In this document: one piece after another, positions 16,627 through 26,132 of the stretch
Numbering within the stretch: the first letter of the stretch is position 1
How the letters are laid out: each line of letters starts with the position of its first letter
NCBI GenBank assembly: GCA_963776625.1
Contig: CAVZNP010000004.1
Span: forward strand, 311,288 to 375,287
Length of the DNA: 64,000 nucleotides
Direction: 5' to 3'
Origin: an uncultured Chloroflexia bacterium
Lineage (GTDB): Bacteria > Chloroflexota > UBA6077 > CF-72
Notes under the pieces: generated by a model
Database searches by the model: none
Told to the model about the DNA's origin: nothing
What the model saw: the letters and a program-made list of their open reading frames with translations, nothing else
Made by a program: the position numbers and the translations under genes

Positions 16627-19161
16627 TTAGTGTTGCGGCTTTGGTGTCGGCTGCGGCTTTGCGGGCGCAGGCGGCGTCGTCGGCTTTGGCGCGGGTGCAG
16701 GCGGGGTGGTGGCCTGAGGTTTGGGCGCGGGCGCCGGCTGCTGTGGCACTGGCGTCGGCACGGGCGCTTCGGGCTTCGGCGGACTCGCCGGCGCGACGGG
16801 CGCCTGGGTGGAGGCCGTCGCCGCGGGTGCGGGCTGAGCGTTGGCCTGCGGCTGAGCCGTAGGCTGCGCTGAGACTGCGGGTTGGGCTGGCGCGGCAGGC
16901 GCTCGGGCGGGCGTCGCGGGCGCCGCCGGCCCTACGGACTGCACCGACCCGCGCGGGGCATTTTCGGCAAAGAACAGGTCGTTCCAGCACAAGGGCGCGC
17001 CAGGCCGCATGCGCGTATCCCCGCACACCTGGCGCTCGACCAGCCCATCAGGTCTGGGGAAATCCTGCGGCTGGAGGTGCCAGTAGTCGAACGACATCTT
17101 CATCGACGCGGGCCACACTTTGGCCGCCGTCAGCGTGCTCAACGTCTGGAACATCGGATGGCCGTCCGCGTTGCCCACCCACACCACGATGGCCAGATCA
17201 GGCGTATAGCCATCCGTCCACGTGTCGCGGTAGTTGTCCGTCGTGCCGGTCTTGGACGCGGCTGGCCAGAGCGGCGCCTTGGGATCGTCGTTCTGGTGCA
17301 GCATCAGCGGCGTGTTCGGCCCGTAGGTGAACAACTTGGCGTTCGGGTCCGACAGGACGTTGGTGATCATGTACGCCGCGCGCGGATCGATGACCTGCTC
17401 GCCCTGGGGAACCTTGTAGTCCTCCAGGACATTGCCGTCCGCATCGACGATGCGCGTGATCGCGACCAGCGGAATCTTGAGCCCGTTGTTGGCAAAGGTC
17501 GCATACACCTGCGCCATATCCAGCGGGGTAACCTCGGCGCCGCCCAGCGTCAGGCTCAGGCCGAAGGTCTTGTCCGAGTCCGGTCCCCAGGTCGTCACGC
17601 CCATGCTGGTCGCCAGATCGCGCATGCTGTCGACGCCCACGAAGTCCAGCGTCTTCACCGCCGGAATGTCCAGCGAATTGCCCAGCGCACTCCGAACGGT
17701 CGTCTGACCGTGGAAAATGTTGTCGAAGTTGACGGGACACCACTGGTGCGTCGGCGTGTCCTGCCAGCAGGTCGGCACGTCGTCAATGGGCGTCGACGGT
17801 GACCAGCCTTTCAGGAACGAGTCCGCGTACACCATGGGTTTGACGGACGATCCAGGCTGACGCTCGCTGGTCAGTAAGTCGACCTGACCATCGATGGATT
17901 CGTCGTTGTAATCGAGACTGCCGTTGAACGCGAGGATCTCACCGGTCTTGGGATTAACCGCGATTTGGGCCGCATTGGTCGCGCCCTGTGTTGCGATGGT
18001 GGGTTTGGCATCCTGCAGCACCTGCTGCATCTTGTCGTTGTAGTCGTTGTCGAGCGTCGTGTAGATCTTCAGGCCGCCCTGGTAGAGCGTCTTCGCGCCG
18101 TATTTCTGCTCGACCAGATCACGAATGTACATGACCCAGTGCGGGGCTTTGAGCTCGACCTCGTGCTGTTTGATCTGCAGTGGCTCGGCGTACGCATCCC
18201 GCGCCTGTTGCTCGGTGATAAAGCCGTGGCGCGTCATCTGTTCGAGCACGTACGCCTGGCGCTCCTTGGTGACGACCGGGATCCCGTCGGCCGTACGCGG
18301 CACATCCGTACGTGTGGGATCGTAGCCAGACGGTGACTGGACCAGGCCCGCGATCAGCGAGGCTTCGGCGACGTCCAGGTCGCGCGCGTGTTTATCGAAA
18401 TAGTCCTGCGCGGCCGCTTCGACCCCGTAGCTCTGATTGCCGTAGTAGACCTCGTTTAAGTACAGCTCGAGGATCTGATCCTTGGATAACTTCTCGTCGA
18501 GTTGATACGCGAGGATGATCTCTCTGAGCTTGCGGGTAATCGTGACCTGATTGCGTTCTTCGGGCGACAAGATCACGTTGCGCACCAACTGCTGGGTGAT
18601 GGTGGACGCACCCGTGGTACTGGTCCCGCTGCCAGTGAGAAACGCCGACCGGATGGTCGCGCGCAAATCGACTCCGCGATGCTGATAGAAAAACGCGTCC
18701 TCGGCGGCCAGCGTGGCGTCGATCAGGTTTTGCGAGATCTCGTCCAGCGCCACGACTGTACGTTTGCCACCGTCGGGATCGTAGAACTCCCAGAGCAGCG
18801 TGCCGTTGCGGTCGAAGATCTGGGCCGTCTTGAAGCTGGCATGATTGCTGATCTCGCTGAGCGACGGCAGGTCGCGGGTGAGCATGGCATAGCCGGTGGC
18901 CGCGCCCTGAAGCAGCACGAAGATGCCGATGAGCCCGACACCCAGCATGCCGACGAGCAGCGCCGAGCCAATCAGGATGGGCTTGCTGAAGCGGCTGCTG
19001 GTCTCGACGCGCTCGTGGTAGTCGCGCGCGATCTGGAGGCGATACAGGCGCTGGAGGCGCTCCTGGGCGCGCATCTGCGCGCGCTGTCGGATGTCCAGGC
19101 CGTGACCATTCCCGTTCCCGTTGCCACTGCCCTTACCGTTGCCATTGCCGTAACGCTGCAC
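16627..19161 (-). CDS. class A penicillin-binding protein (GT51 transglycosylase plus transpeptidase) with a Pro/Ala/Lys-rich C-terminal tail
   Basis: GT51 motifs EDAFFYQHRGVD and GASTITQQL are present. The transpeptidase motifs are SSVK (SxxK) and KTGTT. There is one N-terminal TM helix. Confidence 0.9.
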   Translation of the reverse strand: MQRYGNGNGKGSGNGNGNGHGLDIRQRAQMRAQERLQRLYRLQIARDYHERVETSSRFSKPILIGSALLVGMLGVGLIGIFVLLQGAATGYAMLTRDLPSLSEISNHASFKTAQIFDRNGTLLWEFYDPDGGKRTVVALDEISQNLIDATLAAEDAFFYQHRGVDLRATIRSAFLTGSGTSTTGASTITQQLVRNVILSPEERNQVTITRKLREIILAYQLDEKLSKDQILELYLNEVYYGNQSYGVEAAAQDYFDKHARDLDVAEASLIAGLVQSPSGYDPTRTDVPRTADGIPVVTKERQAYVLEQMTRHGFITEQQARDAYAEPLQIKQHEVELKAPHWVMYIRDLVEQKYGAKTLYQGGLKIYTTLDNDYNDKMQQVLQDAKPTIATQGATNAAQIAVNPKTGEILAFNGSLDYNDESIDGQVDLLTSERQPGSSVKPMVYADSFLKGWSPSTPIDDVPTCWQDTPTHQWCPVNFDNIFHGQTTVRSALGNSLDIPAVKTLDFVGVDSMRDLATSMGVTTWGPDSDKTFGLSLTLGGAEVTPLDMAQVYATFANNGLKIPLVAITRIVDADGNVLEDYKVPQGEQVIDPRAAYMITNVLSDPNAKLFTYGPNTPLMLHQNDDPKAPLWPAASKTGTTDNYRDTWTDGYTPDLAIVVWVGNADGHPMFQTLSTLTAAKVWPASMKMSFDYWHLQPQDFPRPDGLVERQVCGDTRMRPGAPLCWNDLFFAENAPRGSVQSVGPAAPATPARAPAAPAQPAVSAQPTAQPQANAQPAPAATASTQAPVAPASPPKPEAPVPTPVPQQPAPAPKPQATTPPAPAPKPTTPPAPAKPQPTPKPQH

Positions 19162-19206
19162 TGATTCGCGGGCTCCGCCAGTGGCAGTGATGATGCCATA
19201 CGTCTT

Positions 19207-21018
19207 TCAGGCGCGGGGCGTAACGCGCAGCGTACGTTCGTTCGCGTAGCGCACCAGGCCCGGCGGACCACCCGGAATTTTCTTGACATAACGCCGGCGC
19301 GTGACGTCCACCTCCACCGCGCTGGAGCCGCGCGCCGCCGAATGGCCGGCCGCGACCGCCGCCGCGCGCTCGATCACGGCCTCGGGTGGGTCCGCGCTGC
19401 CGCGCACCACCACGTGCGCGCCGGCGACGCCCCGTGCGTGGAGCCAGAGATCGTCGCCGTGCGCGACGTCGAATGTGACAGTTGCGTTACCCGCCGCGCT
19501 CGTGCCGACCAGGGCTTCCCAGCCGTCCGACAGCGCGACGCGCCGATACGGTGCCGACTTCGAGCCCTTGTCAGCCTTCGGCCGCGCAGACCCGCCCTTG
19601 GACCGTTCAGACCCGCCCTTCTCGGGCTTGCCCGCCTGCGACTTGCCCGCCTGCGACTTGCCCGCCCGCGACTTGCCCGCCTGCGGCCGGGAGCCCGTTG
19701 CACTCGCCACCTCGCGGCGCAGAGCCCGAATGGCGTCCATCTGGTCGGCAACCTCGACAAGCGTCCGCAGATCCGCCAGATGTTCGGCGGCCTGCCGCGC
19801 CTCATCGAGCAGCTGCGGGACGCGCTCCTCCGTCTCGCGCGCCCTGCGATACCGGGCGAAGTAGGCCTGGGCATTCGACAGCGCGCTCAGGCGTGGATCC
19901 AGCTCGATCTGCACGCCGTCAACGACGAATTCCGCCGCCTCGGGCGGAACTTCGGTGAGGTGGGAGAGGATGAGGTCGCCTGCGCGTCGCAGTGGCTCAC
20001 GCTCAGTCTGGCCCGTGCTCAACTGGTGTTCCAGGGCTGCGACGCGTCGGGCGGTGGTGTGCGCGGCACGCTCCAACGGTGCAAGTAGCGCCTTGCGCTC
20101 GGCGGCCAACGGGTCCCCGCGTTTCGGCGCGCCGACCTTTTCGAGACGCGCGTAGTACGCCTCAATCGCGTGACTCACCGATTCGAAGTGCTCCAGACGC
20201 ACGTCCGAGCCCTGGAGGTGGCTCAGCACATACGGCGCGTAGTCGAGGGGGCGCTCATCGGCGTCAAATGCGACGGTTGGCGACCAGTCGTGCGTGTCGG
20301 CCATCGCAAGAAACGCACGCGTCGTAAGCGCGAGATCGGACCAGACTACCTCGTCGATCCGCGTGGAGGTCTGCGCACTGGCTCGAAAGACGATCTCACG
20401 GGCCGCGACTGGCGACAGACCCGCCACGCGCTGGGCCAACCATTTGTCGAGCGGTTCGCGCGCCCCCGCCGAGAGGCTCTCGGCGGTGGCGTCCTCCGGC
20501 AGCAAACGGTCCTGGGGCGGTGGGGGCGCGTAGGGCAGGTGCGGCAGGACCGGTCGACGCGGGTTGCGGCTGGGCGGCGTTCGACGCGCGGCGTCGAGGA
20601 TCACGCCGTTGCCGTCGACCAGGACGAGATTGCTGCGCCTTCCCATCGCTTCTACAATGAGCAGCACCCTGTAAGGCCGGTCGGAGGGGTCCCGTTGCTC
20701 GCAGTCGAGCTCGATTACGCGCTCCAGACGCGGCTGGCGAATCGCTCGCACGCGCGCATGGCGAAGGTGCTTGCGCACCAGCAGGTTAAAGGGGCTATCG
20801 TGTTCGACGCCTCTGGTGGGCAGTTGCTGGATGGCGTGGACGCGCCCCTGCTCCAGGTGGGCCGACAGCAGCACGTTGGTCCGACCGGCGCCGGGCGCAA
20901 AGAGTTCGACGGCAAGGCTGAGCTCGTCGACGAAGACAATTTTCTGCAGGCGCGCGCCAATCACCAGCGGCGCGAGCTCATCGCGCACCGCGGCCAGAGT
21001 CAGCGCGTCAAAACTCAC
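19207..21018 (-). CDS. NFACT-family ribosome quality-control protein (RqcH / FbpA-like)
   Basis: NFACT-N start (SFDALTLAAVRDEL..), a central coiled-coil region, and a C-terminal DUF814/NFACT-R segment (DLWLHARGVAGAHVVV). Confidence 0.8.
   Translation of the reverse strand: MSFDALTLAAVRDELAPLVIGARLQKIVFVDELSLAVELFAPGAGRTNVLLSAHLEQGRVHAIQQLPTRGVEHDSPFNLLVRKHLRHARVRAIRQPRLERVIELDCEQRDPSDRPYRVLLIVEAMGRRSNLVLVDGNGVILDAARRTPPSRNPRRPVLPHLPYAPPPPQDRLLPEDATAESLSAGAREPLDKWLAQRVAGLSPVAAREIVFRASAQTSTRIDEVVWSDLALTTRAFLAMADTHDWSPTVAFDADERPLDYAPYVLSHLQGSDVRLEHFESVSHAIEAYYARLEKVGAPKRGDPLAAERKALLAPLERAAHTTARRVAALEHQLSTGQTEREPLRRAGDLILSHLTEVPPEAAEFVVDGVQIELDPRLSALSNAQAYFARYRRARETEERVPQLLDEARQAAEHLADLRTLVEVADQMDAIRALRREVASATGSRPQAGKSRAGKSQAGKSQAGKPEKGGSERSKGGSARPKADKGSKSAPYRRVALSDGWEALVGTSAAGNATVTFDVAHGDDLWLHARGVAGAHVVVRGSADPPEAVIERAAAVAAGHSAARGSSAVEVDVTRRRYVKKIPGGPPGLVRYANERTLRVTPRA
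19627..19686. repeat. in-frame 15-bp tandem repeat, 4 copies, inside the RqcH-like gene
   Basis: The unit cttgcccgcctgcga occurs four times, with one substitution in each of copies 3 and 4. It encodes AGKSR/AGKSQ pentapeptide repeats on the minus strand. Confidence 0.9.
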
Positions 21019-21026
21019 AGGGCATA

Positions 21027-21653
21027 GTGACGGCCGCCGACCCGCTGACCAACACCCCCGCCAGTGGGTTGGTGTTCGTCCTGTCGGGTCCGTCGGGGGT
21101 TGGCAAGTCGACGCTGATCGAGCGTCTGAAGCGCGATGGGTTTCCCATCACCTATAGCGTGACGGCGACCACCCGTCCACGGCGGCAAGGTGAAGAGCAC
21201 GGGGTTCATTACTATTTTCTCACCGACGGCGAGTACGACGCGCTGCTCGAGGCGGACCAGTTCCTGGAACATGCTGTCGTCCACAATCTTTACCGGTACG
21301 GTATTCCGTTGCACAGCATTCGCGATGGGTTGCGCCGCGGCCAGGACGTGATCCTGGCCCCGGACGTTCAGGGTGCCAGCACAGTGCGCTGGAAGCTGCC
21401 CAACGCGATCACGGTCTTTCTGCGCCCGGCGTCGCTGGATGAGCTGGTGCCGCGGCTGGTCGCGCGCGGCACCGAAAGCCCCGAAGAGCGTCGGATTCGC
21501 ATGGCGACAGCGGAGCGCGAGATGCAGCGGGTCAGCGAATACGACTACGTGATCGTCAATCAGCGCGACAAGGTCGACCAGGCGGTGAGCGATCTGAAGG
21601 CCATCATCGTGGCCGAGCGCTCGCGCGTCTGCCCGCGGACTGTCATCCTCTGA
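21027..21653 (+). CDS. gmk: guanylate kinase
   Basis: P-loop LSGPSGVGKSTL and overall Gmk layout. The start may instead be TTG or GTG near 21069. Confidence 0.9.
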   Translation: MTAADPLTNTPASGLVFVLSGPSGVGKSTLIERLKRDGFPITYSVTATTRPRRQGEEHGVHYYFLTDGEYDALLEADQFLEHAVVHNLYRYGIPLHSIRDGLRRGQDVILAPDVQGASTVRWKLPNAITVFLRPASLDELVPRLVARGTESPEERRIRMATAEREMQRVSEYDYVIVNQRDKVDQAVSDLKAIIVAERSRVCPRTVIL

Positions 21654-21658
21654 GCTGC

Positions 21659-22171
21659 GTGGCGCTGCGTCGCGTGCTGGTCCTGGGTGGGGCGCGCTCG
21701 GGAAAGAGCGCCTTCGCCGAGCAACTGGCCGTCGCCTGTGGTCCAGCCGTGCTCTACGTCGCCACGGCGAGCGCGTCGGATACGGAAATGGCCGAGCGCA
21801 TCGCGCAGCATCGTGCGCAACGGCCGGCCACGTGGCTGACGCTCGAATCGACGGTCGACCTGGCCGCCTCGATTGCCTCCGGGCCCGAGGTGCGCACCGT
21901 GCTGGTCGAAGACCTGACCCTGCTGCTGTCGAACCACATGCAGCGCGACACGGCCAGCGCCGAAGCGGTGACCATCCGCGAGGTCGAGGCGCTGCTGCGG
22001 CTGGACGCGAACGTGCTACTGGTCAGCAACGAAGTCGGGATGGGGCTTGTGCCTATGCATCCTCTCGGGCGCGCGTTCCGCGATGCACTCGGTCGGGTCA
22101 ACCAGGCCACGGCTGGCGCGTGCACCGAGGTCTACTTCGTGGTAGCCGGCCTTCCGCTACAGATGAAATAG
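21659..22171 (+). CDS. cobU: adenosylcobinamide kinase / adenosylcobinamide-phosphate guanylyltransferase
   Basis: 170-aa ORF with the P-loop LGGARSGKSAFAE. Length and layout match CobU/CobP. Confidence 0.8.
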   Translation: MALRRVLVLGGARSGKSAFAEQLAVACGPAVLYVATASASDTEMAERIAQHRAQRPATWLTLESTVDLAASIASGPEVRTVLVEDLTLLLSNHMQRDTASAEAVTIREVEALLRLDANVLLVSNEVGMGLVPMHPLGRAFRDALGRVNQATAGACTEVYFVVAGLPLQMK

Positions 22172-22251
22172 CCGCTACAATCGAGGCGGATTCGCGGTGA
22201 CTGATGTTTGATCGGCCGGTCGGCTTTCTGATACGCCTGGGGAGCTAAAGC

Positions 22252-22776
22252 GTGAGCGCTGTCTTGGTGCTGAACCAGAACTATGAGCCGCTGAATGTGT
22301 GTAATGCGCGAAGAGCTCTGGTCCTGGTGGACGGCGGCAAGGCAGAGGTACTCGAGCACGCGGAGATCCCGATACGCACGCCGAATCGACTGTTTCCGCG
22401 TCCATCGGTCATCCGGCTCGTATACATGATCAAGCGGCCACGGCCGCGGGTGCGGCTGACCCGCCGCGAGATCTTCGTACGTGACCATCACGCCTGTCAG
22501 TACTGCGGCGTGCGTACGCGCGATTTGACGCTGGACCACGTCGTGCCGCGGCACCGTGGCGGACGCCACACGTGGGACAACCTGGTCAGCGCCTGTCGGA
22601 CGTGCAACCACCGCAAGGGCGGGCGCACGCCGGACGAGGCGCGCATGTACCTGCGCCGGCAGCCGACCGAGCCGCACGCGACGAGTTACTACCTGTTTCA
22701 TCAGTATCTCGAGAGCGAGCGCTTCGCGGGGTGGACAAAGTTCATGCCCGAGTGGGAGCAGCGGCGCGCGGGCTGA
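22252..22776 (+). CDS. HNH endonuclease-domain protein
   Basis: HNH motif: CQYCG..LTLDHVVPRHRGGRHTWDNLVSACRTCNHRKG. Confidence 0.85.
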   Translation: MSAVLVLNQNYEPLNVCNARRALVLVDGGKAEVLEHAEIPIRTPNRLFPRPSVIRLVYMIKRPRPRVRLTRREIFVRDHHACQYCGVRTRDLTLDHVVPRHRGGRHTWDNLVSACRTCNHRKGGRTPDEARMYLRRQPTEPHATSYYLFHQYLESERFAGWTKFMPEWEQRRAG

Positions 22777-22822
22777 GCCCAAGCCGTCGGCCTCGCCCTG
22801 GTAGGAAGGACCTGGCGGCGCG

Positions 22823-23485
22823 CTAGCGCTCCGAGAAGAACAAGCGCCGCAGTGTCGGCTCGTGCATGCCACGCGTCAGGGCCACGACCTCGTCCCCAGG
22901 CTGGAGCACGGTGCTGCCGTTCGGGAAGAACGCGGCGCCGTCGCGGATGACCACCGCGATGGTGCTCTCGGGCGGCAAGTCCACCTCGCGCAGTGACGAA
23001 GACGTTACCGGGCTGCGCGGATCGACAACCGCCTCGACCACTTCAACATCCGTGTTGCGCAGTTTCAGCAGTGGCACGAGGTTCGCATGCGGAATCTCCT
23101 GCTCCAGCACCGACAACATGACCTGCGTCGCGTTAACAGTTGCGTCAATGCCGAGCATGCGGAACAGCCCCTCGTTGCGCGGGTCGTTGATGCGCGCCAC
23201 CGTGCGCCGCGCCCCGAAGCGTCGCTTGGCCACCTGCAGGAGCACCAGGTTGCGCGGGTCGTCGCCCGTGACCGCAATCACGACGTCGGCCCGCTCGGCG
23301 CCAGCTTCGGCCAGCGTGCTCGCCTCGTCGGCGTTACCGCGCAGCACCACGTTGCCAAGCTCGTTGGCGATGAATTCAGCCCGTTCGGCGTTGTTCTCGA
23401 TGATCAGCACTTCGTGGCCCTGATCGATCAGCTCGCGCGCGAGGAAAAACCCGACTTTGCCTCCGCCAGCCACGATCGCGTACAT
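22823..23485 (-). CDS. TrkA/KtrA-type RCK protein (RCK_N plus RCK_C)
   Basis: Rossmann motif IVAGGGKVGFFLAREL and a C-terminal RCK_C-like segment (..VVIRDGAAFFPNGSTVLQPGDEVVAL). Confidence 0.85.
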   Translation of the reverse strand: MYAIVAGGGKVGFFLARELIDQGHEVLIIENNAERAEFIANELGNVVLRGNADEASTLAEAGAERADVVIAVTGDDPRNLVLLQVAKRRFGARRTVARINDPRNEGLFRMLGIDATVNATQVMLSVLEQEIPHANLVPLLKLRNTDVEVVEAVVDPRSPVTSSSLREVDLPPESTIAVVIRDGAAFFPNGSTVLQPGDEVVALTRGMHEPTLRRLFFSER

Positions 23486-23493
23486 GCGCGGCG

Positions 23494-23917
23494 CTAGATG
23501 GCCGCCGTCGACGCCGACTGGCCGGTCAATTCTTCGTAAAAGGCGTTGGCGCCGATGATCGTCGGGCTGATGGCCTGCAGACCCAGGGCGGAGAAGGTGT
23601 CCGAACGCAGCGGATCGTAGATGCGGGTGACGACGCGCTTGACGCCGAACACATGCTTGGCGATCTGGCTGGCCATGATGTTGCGATTGTCACCCTGCGT
23701 AGCCGCCAGAAACGCGTCCGCTCGCTCGATGCCCGCGCGTTTGAGCACTTCCTGATCAGTAGCGTCGCCCAGCACGGTCGTGCCCTTGAAATCCGGCCCG
23801 AGTCGGGTGAAGGCCGACGATATGACGTCCATGATGGTGACTTCGTGGCCGGCCGTGGTCAGCATCAGCGCAACTCGCGCGCCAACACGCCCACAGCCCA
23901 TGATGATGATGAACATA
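23494..23917 (-). CDS. RCK_N (TrkA-N) domain protein
   Basis: The protein starts MFIIIMGCGRVGARVALML at ATG 23917 and has an RCK_N fold only. The longer ORF to 24015 would overlap the usp gene. Confidence 0.75.
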
Positions 23918-23923
23918 CCGAAA

Positions 23924-24439
23924 CTAGCGGCCGCGCTCGCTGGCGGACTTTGCCGTTTGGGTCGCCGCCGCGACGTTGGGCGCGGCCCGCGCCAGCCAGA
24001 CACGGCAGGGGGCATTCTTCAGCACGTAGGGCGCCGTATGCCCCAGGTCGAACTCGCCGAACTTGCGTTTGTAACCGATGCCCATAACGATCAGGTCGAT
24101 GTCGCGCTCGAGCGCCTCGTCGACGATGGCCGTGCCAACATCGCGTGCCTGGAGAATCTCCGTTTCGAGATCGATGCCGAACTCTTCCCCGACGTGCTCG
24201 GCGCGGGCCAGGACGGTATCGCCCTTGGCCGCTTCAGGCGGTAGATCGACGTCAAGTGGCAGCGTGCGCTTTACCTCAATGACGTAGATCGCATAGACCG
24301 AGGCTTTGCCACGCTTCCCAATCTCGCAAGCCAGGGCTACGGCATCGTCGTCGGTGGGATTGCCGTTCACCGGTACGAGAATTCGGCTAGCGCGGATCAC
24401 GGCGCCCCACTTTCTAACATTGTACTCCCGATGGGTCAA
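23924..24439 (-). CDS. universal stress protein (UspA family)
   Basis: Matches the Usp pattern: ILVPVNG..DDDAVALACEI.., ..DLIVMGIGYKR.., GHTAPYVLKNAPCRV. Confidence 0.8.
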   Translation of the reverse strand: MTHREYNVRKWGAVIRASRILVPVNGNPTDDDAVALACEIGKRGKASVYAIYVIEVKRTLPLDVDLPPEAAKGDTVLARAEHVGEEFGIDLETEILQARDVGTAIVDEALERDIDLIVMGIGYKRKFGEFDLGHTAPYVLKNAPCRVWLARAAPNVAAATQTAKSASERGR

Positions 24440-24442
24440 ACA

Positions 24443-25096
24443 TCAGACGCCTAACCGGCGCGCCGTGCGCAGGAGTCCCAGCGCGCTCATGCCATGCTCG
24501 ATGCGTCCGTCCAGCGCCGCCGCAACGGCGTCGCTCAGCGGCACGCGGCGCGCGATCAGGTCCTGCTCGGCGCCGTCGCGCGTATGTGCGCCGGCGGGCG
24601 CGGGGCGCAGGTTCCGCGCCAGGTACAGGTGCCAGCGACCCTTGATGCTCGCACTTGAGTAACCGCTACCCAGTGGCTCCCAGGTCGAGGCGCACAGTCC
24701 CACCTCCTCCGCAAGCTCGCGTTCAGCTGCCTCGCGTGGTGTTTCCGTGCCCTCGCCGCCGCCCGAGGGGATCTCCCAGGAATTGCTGGCCCAGGGATAG
24801 CGCCACTGGCGCACCAGGTACACGTTGTTGTCGTCGTCGATCGGTACGACGGCCACAATCGGACTCTGGACCTCGAGGTACACGTAGCTGCCAGGCTGGC
24901 CGTCGGGTTGGGTGACGCTGTCCTCGCGCAGGAGCAGGCGGCCGTTAGCGAAGACAACGCGCGTCGACCGGGTCGTCCACGGGTTCGGACCGTCGAGCTC
25001 GAGCATGTGCCCCCACAGCGTACAGAACGGCATCGCGAAAGGCTCGGCCTGCCCGGCGCGACGGGATCGCGGCCAGGCCTCAACCAGCATCCTCAC
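24443..25096 (-). CDS. NUDIX hydrolase (ADP-ribose pyrophosphatase-like)
   Basis: Nudix box GGGEGTETPREAAERELAEEVG. The start is uncertain, and an internal M near 25006 is possible. Confidence 0.8.
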   Translation of the reverse strand: MRMLVEAWPRSRRAGQAEPFAMPFCTLWGHMLELDGPNPWTTRSTRVVFANGRLLLREDSVTQPDGQPGSYVYLEVQSPIVAVVPIDDDNNVYLVRQWRYPWASNSWEIPSGGGEGTETPREAAERELAEEVGLCASTWEPLGSGYSSASIKGRWHLYLARNLRPAPAGAHTRDGAEQDLIARRVPLSDAVAAALDGRIEHGMSALGLLRTARRLGV

Positions 25097-25159
25097 GAAA
25101 CGCCGCCAGGTGTGTTGCCGCCATGCGATAATGATGGCCGGTCCGGCCTCCTGACAGTG

Positions 25160-26119
25160 ATGCTAGTTCGCACGCTGCGCCCCATTGACGTGGTGGCGCT
25201 TGCATCGTTCCAGCGTCGTGCCGGCGCAACGGAAATCACCGCGCACTCGTGGCCGCGCGTTGAGCCCGAGAGCGGGCGCCTGCCGTACGTGAGTCTGATG
25301 TCGGCCTCGCTAGGACATCGGCCGGGTGGCCAACGTACCTGGCTGGCCGAATCGAATGGTCGTGTCGTGGGATTGGCGATGGCCCGCCCGCGGGCGGGTG
25401 GTCTGGTGTGGGATGTGGTGCACTTGCACGCGGATGCCGACGCCGACAGCGCGGGGGCCGATTTGCTGGAACAGGTGGTGACGTGCGCGGGCTCGCGTGC
25501 CGGCCGCCGCGTGTTCCTCGAGACACCGACGGGTGGGCGCGGCATCGATGTCGCGCGGCGCGCGGGCTTTGAGCGTTTCACCTCGAGCGAGTTGTTCGTG
25601 CTGATGCCCGGGTTCAAAGTCGAGCGCACCGATGTGTTCGAGGCACGCCCGCGGCTGCGAGCCGACGAGCAAACCCTGTTCCAGTTGTACATGGCGGCGG
25701 TGCCGGCGCCCGTGCGGGCAGCCGAAGCCATGACCCTGGAGGAGTGGGGCGCGCTGTACCCGGGCCGAAAACGCTGGCAGCCATCGTTCACCGGCACGCG
25801 CCAGCAGTACGTCTGGGAGCTCGGCACGTCCGTGGTTGGCTGGATGGAGCTCACCTTTGGCCAGCGCAGTCAGTACATCGAGCTGCTGGTCAACCCACGC
25901 TATGAAGATGCCGCGGACCGCCTTGTGCGATATGCCTTATTGCAAGTGAGTCCGAAAGCACCGGTTTATTTCGTCGCGCGCGAATATCAGGCGTCGCTGG
26001 CCCAGGCGCTGCAGCGGAGTGGCTTCCGCGCTACAGGGAGGCACGAGTTGTTCGTCAAACTGCTGGCTGCACGCGTCCGCGAGCCACGCCTGGTAACAGC
26101 CAACCTGGTTGGAGGCTAG
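25160..26119 (+). CDS. hypothetical protein, possibly a tandem GNAT-fold protein
   Basis: A 319-aa ORF from ATG 25160. Only weak acetyltransferase-like segments are visible (VVGLAMARP.., RRVFLETP..ARRAGFERF). Confidence 0.45.
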   Translation: MLVRTLRPIDVVALASFQRRAGATEITAHSWPRVEPESGRLPYVSLMSASLGHRPGGQRTWLAESNGRVVGLAMARPRAGGLVWDVVHLHADADADSAGADLLEQVVTCAGSRAGRRVFLETPTGGRGIDVARRAGFERFTSSELFVLMPGFKVERTDVFEARPRLRADEQTLFQLYMAAVPAPVRAAEAMTLEEWGALYPGRKRWQPSFTGTRQQYVWELGTSVVGWMELTFGQRSQYIELLVNPRYEDAADRLVRYALLQVSPKAPVYFVAREYQASLAQALQRSGFRATGRHELFVKLLAARVREPRLVTANLVGG

Positions 26120-26132
26120 AGAAGGCAACAGC

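Noticed and set aside
16609-16900. Short ggcttt(a/g)gtg-type repeats around the convergent GT9/PBP gene ends
   Set aside because: They are the nucleotide image of the Pro/Ala/Lys-rich C-terminal tail of the PBP (PKPQ/PAPAPKP repeats) and are not an independent element.
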